DNA of 64,000 bases. Origin: Trypanosoma brucei (Eukaryota). The notes below the pieces were generated by a model. It worked only from the letters and a program-made list of their open reading frames with translations, was not told the origin of the DNA and made no database searches. The DNA lies in NCBI GenBank assembly GCA_000002445.1, contig CH464492.1:64001-128000 (forward strand). Reading direction: 5' to 3'. Position 1 is the stretch's first letter. Each line of letters begins with the position of its first letter. Position numbers and translations under genes: made by a program. Shown one piece after another: positions 44,619-55,131 of this stretch.

Positions 44619-46235
44619 TTAAAATATATCAGATAGCAAAATTCTTTTTAAAGGGAAGGGGAAAATTCTTTTAGAAAAGCAAAGCCATAAATGCAGCAGA
44701 AACCATGAGGGCGAAGTGTTGTTTAGGAGGAAACTAAAATCTTTGCAAGTTTCACCCTCCCATTTGTAGCCAGCAGCCTCTCCACAATCTTTCTCTCCTT
44801 TCCCCTTGCATTTCTCCTCTTTCTTTTCTTCCCCTTTGTTCTTCTCTGCTGCCACGCAATTTCCATCTTTGAATTCGCAGCCATCTTCTGTTTTGCACTT
44901 TTCTTTGTTGGTTATCGCTGCGCATTTTTTGCTTATTTCTTTTCTCACTTCAGGACTGCTTGATGCAGTTGCTGCCGTCCTTGAGGCTATGAGCTGTTTG
45001 CCCTGCAAAAATGTTAGCACCGTTGCAGCGCTGTCGGTACCTGCTGTTTCGAAGATCGTCTTGTCGAAGGTCGTTTCTCTTACTTTCAGATTGAGTGGCG
45101 TCTTGTCAATCGAATCTGTTATTCGTGCCGTGAACGCGGTTTGGTCGCTGCCGAGGTAAGCGTCTGTTAGAGCCTTTTTTGCCTGCTGCTCTGTTGGTGC
45201 TTTTCCACCTGGGGCTATCAGGTCCGTTAGTGCCTGCAGTAGTTTGTCGTCTGCTCTAACCGCTGCCCATGATATTCGGTGTATTGGTGTATAAGTGGGT
45301 TTTTTGAGCTGACGGATGTTGCAGAGCGCATTTCCTAGAGTATCCTTGTCGTATTCTGTGTATGGGGCCGTCGGGTTGATTTGCGTGCAGGTTTTGGTTT
45401 CCACATTTGTGAACAGATTGATATCAATGGTGCTGTAAGTTGTTGCCTTCTTTGTGAGCGCCGTTGCCATTGCGTTGTTGGCCGCTGTGTTAAAGTCGCT
45501 GCCCCTTTCGATGCAGCCGCCGTCCTGCATTGTTGAAGCAATGGAGCTGCTGGACAGCTTCCCTTTGCAATGTGTGGTGACTGTGTATGTCGTCGCCGGT
45601 TTGGTCACGTCGATGATCTTGATTTTGGTGTGGCTCTCGTGAGCTATGTCGTTTGTTTTTACCGCTTCTTTTTCTGTGTCTAGCGTGCAGGTGGCTGCTT
45701 CTAGCTTGAACGCGGCCGTGCTTGGGCACTTTACCATGCCTGTGACGCTTTCTAGCTGTGCAGCGGTTGATGGCGCTGTACTAGTTACTTTTGCTGATGT
45801 CGACTCTGTCCTGTGCAAGGTTAGCATAGCGGCTTCCTGCTGCTTTATGATCCGCACAGCATCATTGTAGCGCTTGGCAGCCGCTTCCGTTTCTCGGTTT
45901 AGTGTGTCAATGCCTGCTTCGGTCACTGCCGCCATTGCAAGGAATGCTATTTCTGTTTGCTTGTCTTGGCTGAACGCGGCTTTTATTCTGTAAGCCATTG
46001 CTGTCTTTATCGCGGTTGTCCGGATTTCTTTTGCAGAGGGTCGAGCTTGCTCTAGTTTGCTCGCCAGTTTATGCAGGTACTGGGCCGCTGAACAAGCAGT
46101 TTTTACTTGCTGGGTGGCCGTATCCTCGATGTCCGCGGCGCTTACAGGCAAGATACTGACAAGTGACATAACAAATGCGTGCCACAGGCTTTGTGACTTC
46201 ATTTTTCTATGCTGTTTTGCTTTGGCTAGACACAA
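44619..46235 (-). CDS. VSG: VSG; the ORF reads through the GPI-signal region into the 3'UTR 16-mer, so the C-terminus is probably frameshifted
   Basis: 538-aa ORF. The likely real start is the internal Met (MKSQSLWHAFVMSLVSILPVSAA, signal peptide). The N-domain is long. The C-domain is …CGEAAGYKWEGETCKDFSFLLNN and is followed by TSPSWFLLHLWLCFSKRIFPFPLKRILLSDIF* instead of a short hydrophobic tail. An exact 16-mer lies at 44616-44631 on the minus strand. Confidence 0.75.
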   Translation of the reverse strand: MCLAKAKQHRKMKSQSLWHAFVMSLVSILPVSAADIEDTATQQVKTACSAAQYLHKLASKLEQARPSAKEIRTTAIKTAMAYRIKAAFSQDKQTEIAFLAMAAVTEAGIDTLNRETEAAAKRYNDAVRIIKQQEAAMLTLHRTESTSAKVTSTAPSTAAQLESVTGMVKCPSTAAFKLEAATCTLDTEKEAVKTNDIAHESHTKIKIIDVTKPATTYTVTTHCKGKLSSSSIASTMQDGGCIERGSDFNTAANNAMATALTKKATTYSTIDINLFTNVETKTCTQINPTAPYTEYDKDTLGNALCNIRQLKKPTYTPIHRISWAAVRADDKLLQALTDLIAPGGKAPTEQQAKKALTDAYLGSDQTAFTARITDSIDKTPLNLKVRETTFDKTIFETAGTDSAATVLTFLQGKQLIASRTAATASSSPEVRKEISKKCAAITNKEKCKTEDGCEFKDGNCVAAEKNKGEEKKEEKCKGKGEKDCGEAAGYKWEGETCKDFSFLLNNTSPSWFLLHLWLCFSKRIFPFPLKRILLSDIF

Positions 46236-46989
46236 ACTGTGGTTTTGTTGCTTGGCTTGTGTCTGACTGCCTTATATGGTGTCGGTATATGAGGAAAACG
46301 GTAAATGCACACCTGTGTTTATTAAGTCTGTAGCCCTTTGTGTTTTGTGTTGTTTCCCAATTGTTTTAAGTTGCTTCGCTTCACAATATTGACCTCTATT
46401 TAAATCCTTTGCCTCCTTTTATTCATTATGTCAAAAAATTTCACACGGCACTATTTACCTTTATTGACATATTCTGCTGGTTGTAAAACCTGCAAGTACT
46501 TCACGGCCATTCTGCATTCACTTCACCACCTTCAGTGCTTATCGTCTGGCGCCACCATCAGATTAAGCACCAGCTCCGTAACCACCTCTGCCGCCGTACC
46601 AAAATATTTTCGAATAAAATATAGGGCAGAATCGGGTCCTTTTCATTAATAAGTTTCTTACGTCCTGTGCTTCTCAATTTTTTTCACACTGTCATTTTAT
46701 TCTGTATTTTTCCTTTTCTTCGCCTGCTGTCGCCTTTTCTGTTAATAAAGTACAGAACGCATTTATCCTGTACAGTGAACTCTGTTTGTTTATCATTTCC
46801 TTGTGCATAATAATGCTCACCTCTGTGTCTGTGCAGGAAAATGCGCATATTATATCTACTTTTCTATTTTCCTTCCTGAATTCCTTCAATCATAATATTC
46901 CACGTACTCTCCATCTTGCTCATTGTTTCTTATCACTCACTCACTCACTCTCATATAACCTTTGCTATCGTTTTAACTTCTCGTATTTT

Positions 46990-47130
46990 TCTCTTCCACT
47001 TAGTCATTATTATTATTACTGCTCTTATTATAATATTTGTATATGCACACTCACAACACCGTTTTATAAAAAAAATTGTTATTATTATCGTTATCATTAT
47101 TTTCCCTACACTCACTATTATGACCGTTAA
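46990..47130 (-). repeat. 70-bp repeats, ~1.5 copies, reverse orientation
   Basis: cattattattattactgctcttattataatatttgtatatgcacactcacaacacc… It is ~0.75 kb upstream of the VSG at 44619-46235. Confidence 0.75.
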
Positions 47131-47297
47131 TCAATCATAGTGTCCATAAAGTAAACTGAATAAGTCATATTATAATATCATTCATTTTTCATGTCCTTTC
47201 ACTCTGATACTTTATACTTATATGTTAGCATTGCGTACATTGTAAAAAGTTTCATAAATTTCATTATATTTAGAAAAAATTATTTTAATTATTTTAA

Positions 47298-48782
47298 TCA
47301 TAGTAGCAAAAATGCTGCCTTATTAATGACAAAAGAATTGCTTCCTGTGGTGTTTGTGGTTTTTCCATCTCCCTCATCTTTCTTGACTGTTTTTTCCTCA
47401 GGGTCTGGAAAGCATTTTGGTGTTTTGCTACCATCAAATTTGCATCCCGCGTTCTTGCAGATGTCTTGCTCTGTGTGCTCCTTGCAGTCTTCTTTAGAAG
47501 GAGCGTTTTTGGTGGTTTCTGGTTTAGATGAGCAAGATGTGGAGGACGCCACCGTCTTTTCTTCTTTTGCTGCGGCTTCCCCTTGCCAATAAACAAAAAT
47601 CTTTGGTGCAGCTCCGTCTTCTACTATTTTGAGGAGAGATTTTTCGACTTCTGTTGTTCCGTCTTGATATTTTACGTTGCTCTCTGTTAGCGGCGCCACG
47701 CATCTAGTCTTGTGGCCATCTTTGTTCATTCCTAATAATTTTTTGAGTGCTGTTTTTATGTCTTCTGCCTTTTGTATCGCGCCTTCTTTTGTGTACTTTC
47801 CTGTTGCAATTAAGTAACTGGTGTACAGAGTTGACCACTCCGCTTGCTGTGATAGAGTTTCCGGATTCCAATTATCTGGGTCAGTTGGTTCTGGTGGCGC
47901 TGCCACCAGAAATTCGCAGATGGCGTATGCTACTCTGTCGTTATCGCTTGCTGTTTTGGTCTCCGGTTGTTCCACTGTAGCACAGCCTTGTGTCCTGTCG
48001 TCTTTGGCGTACATGCTTGTCTGTTCTGCCGTTAGTCCTGAGTCAGCTGCCACAGATCCCAGGGTGACTTTCAAAGCATTGCTGCCTTCGCTGCCGCTGG
48101 CGTCGCATCGTGTGCCGCCTGTTGCTGTGTCTACGCTGGCCTGCGCCCCTTTTCCTTGCGCCGCCACCTGTGGCAGCCTCGGCGGTGTTGTCGACAGCTT
48201 TAGTAGCTTTATTTTTGTTGCGGCCTCCCAGTTGAACGCTGTTGATTCTACGCCTGTGTCTGTGGCCTTTCTCAGGTCGCAGGTGTCGCGTGTTGATCCT
48301 GATTGTGTTAGCGTGAATGTGCATTTCGCATTGTATGTCGCCTAGCCGGAGGCGTACGCTGCACCTCCTGCTGTTAGCGATGGGCTACAGTACAAAGCTT
48401 CTATATAGCCTATCCTTTCTGAAAGTATCCGCTGTGCCCTTTGGGAAGCTTCCTGTCGCCACTTGAGCTCTTCCGCGTGCTTTTTATGTTGTATCATAGC
48501 GTAAGCGCTGAGGGTGGTGTAAGCCGCTTTGAGCTGTTTGTCGGTCGTCTGAACCACCGCCAGTTGCCATGCTGTTGCATAGGTTTGTAGCTTGTGTATC
48601 AGGTTCCTCCCTGTTTCCGCCTGCTTTGCTATGTATTTTGAAACAGCCGCTAAGTATATAATCTCAGAACACCGGTTGTTGATCGTGTTGCTTGCTGCGT
48701 CGTCTTTGCCGCTGACATTAGTAACAGCTGCCGCGAGCAACAAGCAAGCAAGCACATATTTTCTTGATATCTCCATTTTCAC
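47298..48782 (-). pseudogene. VSG with a frame break between N- and C-terminal halves
   Basis: ORF 48342-48782 has a signal peptide (MKMEISRKYVLACLLLAAAVTNVSG). ORF 47298-48167 has the rest of the N-domain, a C-domain and …TTGSNSFVINKAAFLLL*. The 175-bp gap between them changes frame. Confidence 0.75.
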
Positions 48783-50699
48783 CGCTTCTACACAGTATTG
48801 AACTAGTTTATAGTTTCAAAGTTCGGTTTTCGTTTTTCTGCTTTGTTTTGGGGTGCAGGACGCCAACTATGTTGATTCTGTGCAAGGCGAAAAAATAGAA
48901 GAATGGAAAAACTATTGCCTCAGTGCAGCAGCCACTTTACTTCGTTGAGCTAGTTTGTAGGTTTTCTTTTTTAGTCCTTTTGCAAGCTCTATGATCGATT
49001 TATTCCGCCACAATTAACTGTTTTGCATGTCCCCCTTGTCGTCGTTCACCTCAATGCCTCTAAATACCTCTAGGGTAAATATCTCTGTTTTTTCTCAGAA
49101 GACAACCACTGTCTCCACTTGCGAGTTTTAGATTTTCATCATCATGTCTGTATGCACTAGTGTCGTTACTAACTGCACTGGTATTATTTACTGCTGTTGC
49201 GTATTGTTAGGTGTTTTCGCTGGAATTGGCAGCGGATCACACCGTCTGCTTTGCAACTTCTTTTACATAGCTGCCATCACACCTATCGGTAAGTTAGCGT
49301 GTTGTTTTCCTATTGGCATTATTGAAATCTTACCCATGTATGACAGTCTTCGCGCAGTTGTTACAGCTACCGCGAATGTAACTCTTTTAATACGACGATT
49401 TTTTAACAAGTGCAATCTAGCACCCGCTGTTAGTTCTATTCCTCTCCGCTACTTATTTCCTTTTTTCTAACTTAACGATAAAGAAAGCTGTAGGGTTCCA
49501 AATTACATACGGGAAACGGATGCCATTTTCTGTTTTCTTACTGCTTAATTCGATCCACTTGTACTTTTCTAACTCAACTCGTTTCTAACATGCCAAATCT
49601 GCCATTCATATTTGCGTTTTACATTTTACATGCTAATACAGAAAATAACTAAATGTTTTGTGTTCATACAATAACTTTTCCAATTCTGTTGCGTCTTAAA
49701 ACAACTAATTAACACTATTTCTACAGTGTCTTGTGATGTGATAAAGTTTTTTATACTTTTTATTAATTTCTTTGACGCATTCCTCTGCTTACTGCTTATC
49801 CTTCTAAAATTTAGGCGGTCGCAACACTTTCCGAAAGATTTAAAGCAATCATGAGCTAGTTGATTTACTTTTACTCATTCGTGCTTTTAACTCTGCAGTA
49901 CCAAAAACTCTTATACCAATTGTACGGTTTTTCAATGAATCTTTTTTTTGCTGTACAAGTAAAAAATTAGTGTAGCCTTGCCGCTAATTCTATATAATAG
50001 ATAAAGGTCCTCTAACTGTTTATTTGTGCGATACCTTAAGTAATATCCGCTTTATTCGTTTTTAAAGCATGGTAATACATTAGTAGTCGCAGTTTTAAAA
50101 TCAGAAAACCGATAATATTATATTGTTTCACATGAAGACCCAAAATTATTACTGCATCTGATGAGAAAACTTCTGTGTTACATTACAGTTACACAGTCCC
50201 TTCCCCATGTTTCTTCATCTTTTACTGCTTTTTCTTCGAAACAAAAATAAGAAATCACTATCAGATTAATAACCAGAAATGTAACCGTTAGTGCAGATGT
50301 AGCACCTATTCATTTTTTAGTAAAATACTGAGTATCATATCTTCCTTCTATTGTTTTTATTCCGTACGCTGTAATGCATATACTTCTGTTTCATTACATG
50401 CATTGTTTCCTTCTTTTCCACTTTCTGTCAGTGCCTCTGCCAATACCGTAGCATCTCCGTTTAGATTTCAAACTATGTTGTTTCTCTTCTTATTGTCCTT
50501 CATCACCTCCTTGCGTATGATTCCCATCTTCATTTTTGTGTTTCAAGCTGCACATATTCCATCTATGTCTACCTTTTTCTTTCTGAGTTACTCTTAACAA
50601 AATTATTCGTGCGCTCTCTTACTTACTCTTTGTCACTCACTTGAATTTCACCATTTAAAATATTTTGAGTGCTTCTGTTATTTTAGTGCATTCGGTCAT

Positions 50700-50770
50700 T
50701 ACCATTTTCATTATATTATTAGTACATATACATTCACAATGCTTTCCTACTACTAATTTTTCTGTTATAA
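50700..50770 (-). repeat. Degenerate 70-bp repeat copy, reverse orientation
   Basis: ttattagtacatatacattcacaatgctttcctactactaatttttctg. Confidence 0.5.
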
Positions 50771-50945
50771 CTCAAAATAATATTCATAAAATTGGAAAAA
50801 AATTATAATGACAGTCATCTTTAATACTATATCACATTCCTGATTTGCACCCCTATGCACTTTTCACGCACATTTTACTATATCTATATTTTCAAAATAA
50901 ATATTCATTATTTTTCAAAGGCTTGACAAAAAATATTAAAATATA

Positions 50946-52502
50946 TCAACTTTTAGTATATTTTTTAAAAACAGGAAATTTCATAAATTTAAACCAAAAT
51001 ATTTGAGAGTACTTTAAATATAATAGCAAAACTGCAAGCAAAAGAGGGGCCTTTTTAATGACAAAAGAATTGCTTCCTGTTGCGTTTGTAGTTTTTTCAT
51101 CGTTTTCTGATTTCACTCCCTCTTCAAGTTTACATTTTCCCTCTTTGAATTCGCACCCATCCTTACCGTTGCACCGAGTTTTATCAGCTATTCCATCACA
51201 TTCAGCCACCTTAGCATCATCTTTTGCATCTGTTTGGATGCCACTTGTTGGTTCCCGTTGTATCACCGTTAGACGCTGGTGCAGCAGCCGGGCCAGTACA
51301 GCATGCGTGTCGTCGTCTAACGTTAGTTTCTCGATTGCCTTCTGTTTTATATTATCGCCTTCACGGACCGGCACCGTTTTTGTTTTAATCAGCGGCTTGA
51401 ATTTGGCGTCGAAGCCGTGCGTTCCTTTGCCGTACGCTGTCCTGAGATATGTTTTTAAATCGCTGTTAGTTGCAATGTCGGATTCTTTGACTAAATTCGT
51501 GAATTTTTTGGTGCAACTGGCTACTGCTTCTTGAATTACTGCGTCTTCCGCAAGTGTGTCGCCGCTTAGTTCTGGCATTGTATGGCCTTCCGCCTTCGTC
51601 TCCAGAGCTTCGCAGATGGCGTCGGCTATTTTTTCCCCCCTTGTGGTGCCGGCACCCTTTTGCTTTGCATGGGCTGCGCAGACCTTTTTGCCGTTTTCTT
51701 CCTTGTATATTGGTGTAGTTTGTGTTGTCGCTATGCTGTATTGCGACGGCTTGTAGCTGGTTGATACCGTATCCCCATTTGCCCAGCTGCAGCCGGCCAT
51801 TGCCTGGCCGATTGTTTTGGTTCCACCGCCGCTGCTGGTGCAGCCGTTGCTGGCTACAGTAAACGTTAATTTGTCGACTTTCTTGAGTTTGTCCAAAGCG
51901 TTTAAGGCTGTTAATTTGAGCTGTGTTGCTTTTGCTGGGTCAGGTTGCTTGTTGGCTATGGTTCTGTCGGTGTCTGGCTGCGATATCGAGCAATCCGCCG
52001 AGTTGCTATGGGCTGTCTCCAGCTGCAGCATTGTCGTGCCGGCGCTGTTGGTGCCGTGGAGGGTTCCAGCCTTCACAGTGACTGCTAACTTACTGTTTTC
52101 GATCTCTGCGAGTAAAACACCTCGTTGCTCTTTGGAGTGCTCTAGTCCGCTCAGCAACGCGTTTGGTGGCTCCTCCGCTTGCTTTTGCCGAAGCTTCAGT
52201 ACCTGTTTTGCTTTGACGGCTAAGGCGTTTATTAGACATTGGTCTTCCGGGCTGTCTGCCGCCGCCGCTGCTATTTCGTATTTTGATGCTGTTAGCGCTG
52301 CTTCCTGCAGCCCTCGGTTTCTGTCTACGATCTTGCTGCGCAGGTGTTCTGCTATTTTCTTTAGATAAAACTCCTCGTCACAAAGTGTTCCTATTCCTGT
52401 CGCCGCCTCGTCGTTGGTGAGCTGTGCTATTGTGTACTGTATACTAGTAAAGAGCACTAATGTTAGTACGATCTGCTTGTTCGGAATTATTTTCTTTGCC
52501 AT
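50946..52502 (-). CDS. VSG: VSG with stop-codon loss: a 24-aa extension follows the GPI signal
   Basis: 518-aa ORF with a signal peptide (MAKKIIPNKQIVLTLVLFTSIQYTIAQ), an N-domain and a C-domain. It ends …TNATGSNSFVIKKAPLLLAVLLL-YLKYSQIFWFKFMKFPVFKKYTKS*. A TAT codon sits where sibling VSGs have TAA/TAG. Confidence 0.8.
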   Translation of the reverse strand: MAKKIIPNKQIVLTLVLFTSIQYTIAQLTNDEAATGIGTLCDEEFYLKKIAEHLRSKIVDRNRGLQEAALTASKYEIAAAAADSPEDQCLINALAVKAKQVLKLRQKQAEEPPNALLSGLEHSKEQRGVLLAEIENSKLAVTVKAGTLHGTNSAGTTMLQLETAHSNSADCSISQPDTDRTIANKQPDPAKATQLKLTALNALDKLKKVDKLTFTVASNGCTSSGGGTKTIGQAMAGCSWANGDTVSTSYKPSQYSIATTQTTPIYKEENGKKVCAAHAKQKGAGTTRGEKIADAICEALETKAEGHTMPELSGDTLAEDAVIQEAVASCTKKFTNLVKESDIATNSDLKTYLRTAYGKGTHGFDAKFKPLIKTKTVPVREGDNIKQKAIEKLTLDDDTHAVLARLLHQRLTVIQREPTSGIQTDAKDDAKVAECDGIADKTRCNGKDGCEFKEGKCKLEEGVKSENDEKTTNATGSNSFVIKKAPLLLAVLLLYLKYSQIFWFKFMKFPVFKKYTKS

Positions 52503-53339
52503 TTTGTGCCTGCTTAATTTCTTTAAAATGGGAAAAGGCGTTGGCTGCTGACTTCTTAGATTTTGCTTTTCTTTTGCTTGTCAGTGTTAATATCGATAAA
52601 GGCCGGTCTATATTTATTGAATATAGTATTCTCCTCTTTAAATCCAGTACTATACCACATTAAAATACTGAATACGTTTCTATGTCTAACACTTTGCGTT
52701 TTATAACGCCTAATTTGCATTACTTTGCAGTGATACCACGAGACATTGTCAATAACGATATAATGTTGGTTTTCCTTTTGTAGGCGGCTTCTGATTCTTT
52801 AGCACTCCTGTCGTGGTTTATTGTTGGTTCTTCTTGGCTCTTGTTCTGTAAAAGGTGTCCTCCCTGCAGTCACCTGTTCTGAATTTTCTTGATACGTGCT
52901 TTCACAGCTTGGTAACTGTGCATTCCTGTGCGAAGTTTGCGTTTGATGAAGAGTGTCAGTTCCTTAGGCTTACACTAATATTGTAGAGGCGATGTTTTAT
53001 TACTAACTCTCTCAACTTTATAAAAATCTTAGGATTGTTTAAATGCGAGCTCCTTTATTGTTTTGCCTCCATTTTTGTGTTGAGCTTTGGTTAAAAAATT
53101 TTCTATGTCACAAATCTCGCCTATTTCTGATAGAGAAATGTAACTCCATGACTGTCTAAGATTAATGCTGTGCCTTTGTTATTTAAACTTTCTCCTAATT
53201 CTGTAAAATGATGCCTGTGACCTCTATTTTTTTTTTGTCAAACCACGTCAATTTCACCCCTTACTCTTTTAATCTCTGTCTGAGCTACACACACACACAT
53301 ACTCCCATTATACCTTGATGTTTCTTTCCGTGCATTTTT

Positions 53340-53520
53340 TGCAGTTTCTATTTATCATTATTACTGCTCTTATTATATTATTCGTATATACACACTCACA
53401 ACACTTTCCTATTATTATTATCATTATTATCATTATTATTATTAATACTGATCTTATTATAATATTCGTATATACACACACTCACAACACTCTCCTATTG
53501 TTATTATTATCATTTTCATT
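53340..53520 (-). repeat. 70-bp repeats, ~2.5 copies, reverse orientation
   Basis: ctcttattatattattcgtatatacacactcacaacactttcctattattattatc… appears twice. It is ~0.85 kb upstream of the VSG at 52502. Confidence 0.85.
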
Positions 53521-53699
53521 TTATCCTAAATTCCTTATAATAGTCATTAAAAATAGATGACCAAAATTAGAATATCATTCATTTTTAATTTTCTGTTACT
53601 ATACTACCTTGCACACATAGGATACTATCATACATATTTAACTGAAATTATAAAATTTTCATTTTTTTATGCTTCTCAAAATAGAAAAATAGCAAAGTT

Positions 53700-55131
53700 T
53701 CATACAGATTTATCATAGAAGAAATGCAAGTAAAGGAGGGGTTGTAATTCAAACAGAATTTCTCGCTCTATTGTTTGTAGTTTTCCCATCATTCCTTCCA
53801 GTTTCTTGGCTTTCTTGTTCTGCTGCTTTTTTGCCTCCCCCTATTCAATTTTGCACTTCTTTTCTACACATTTTGCTTCAACCACTTTGCATGGTTGTTT
53901 GCATTTATCCCCTGTTCCTTTCGTTCAGAAAATTTCTTCTATCTCTTGTTTCTCTGGTTTGTTCGATTTTTCTGAAATTTCTTTGAATTTTTCTAAGTAT
54001 TCTACGTTTTTGATTGCCGCTGTTGTATACGCCGCTAAAATACTGGTTAGGACGCTGATGTCCTCTTCGGTCGAAATATTGTGCCCTGCAGGTGCATTTC
54101 CAACCTTCATGTCGGTTTTAAAATTTGTTACTGTTTGCCAAACCGTTTTGTCCAGTGCATCTGCGCCTGTGTCGTAAAAAGTTTGAAGTCTCGCCGTCAA
54201 ATCAGGTATGGGTTTACTTGGGTCTAATCCTTGACTGATTTGGAAAGCTTTGACGAATGCTTCGTCGCGCGCTAGTGTCGCGAGGTCGGGGTTTTTATAT
54301 GTGACAAGAACTTCAGGTCTGTCTTTGTTGTGTTTCCATGCTTCTGCCAGCACGTATTTTCCGTCTGAGGGTTGTGAGTTTTCTAAGTTACTCATTTGGA
54401 CGTGTTGTACCGCGCCGGCTGCTGTTTGCAGGAGGCCACCGCCTAGGTGGCGTGTTCCTTCCGGCTGGTTGGTTTCCAGCAAGCCTTCATCGTTGTTATA
54501 GGTAAAGGGGCGGTAGTTATCTTCGTTGCTTGCTGCAGCTGAGGTTGCGCTGTCTTTGAAGTATGTCAGTCCATCGCGTAGCAGTACCGTTGCCGGGTTT
54601 ATAGTGTCCTCGGCCTCGAAGGTTAGCTCTTTGCACGTTGTGTGATCGGATTTTAAGGAGTCGAGGGATGTGTGCGAATTGCTGCTGTCGGCATTGGTGG
54701 GTGGGCACCCTTCGGTTCTGTTACTGATTGACGTCGTGGCTATCGTTATTAGCTCCCGGATGTGTTCCATCGCGAGAGCCGCTGACCTGATCCTTTTTCT
54801 ATCCTATTGCATTGTTTCTGTCTTGTTTTCGGCGTTGAGTTCGCTTACTTTTGCCTGTGGGTAGGCTATAACGGGTACGTAAAGCTTTCGGCGCCTGTTT
54901 TCTGGTAGCTTCGAAGAAGATTTGCGTTCTCAGAAGCTGCTTTTCCGCTTCCACTGCTTTTCGCCGTCTTTGACTTGCTGCTTGCGTCGTTTCATCGATC
55001 CGCTTCCTGAGTGGCGCATAGATATCGCACATAGACTTCCATACTTTGGGCGCTAGAGAGTGCAGGTTGGCAGCGCCTCCATAGGGCGCTACTAAACTTA
55101 GAGTTACCAGTACTAAAATAACGATTTTCAT
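53700..55131 (-). pseudogene. VSG pseudogene (atypical or B-type-like N-domain; frameshifted C-domain and GPI signal)
   Basis: ORF 54799-55131 has a signal peptide (MKIVILVLVTLSLVAPYGGAANL). ORF 53925-54770 is a long N-domain. Downstream, in other frames, are KAAEQESQETGRNDGKTTN and NSV*ITTPPLLAFLL*, remnants of the QETGGNDG-type C-domain and GPI signal. Confidence 0.6.
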
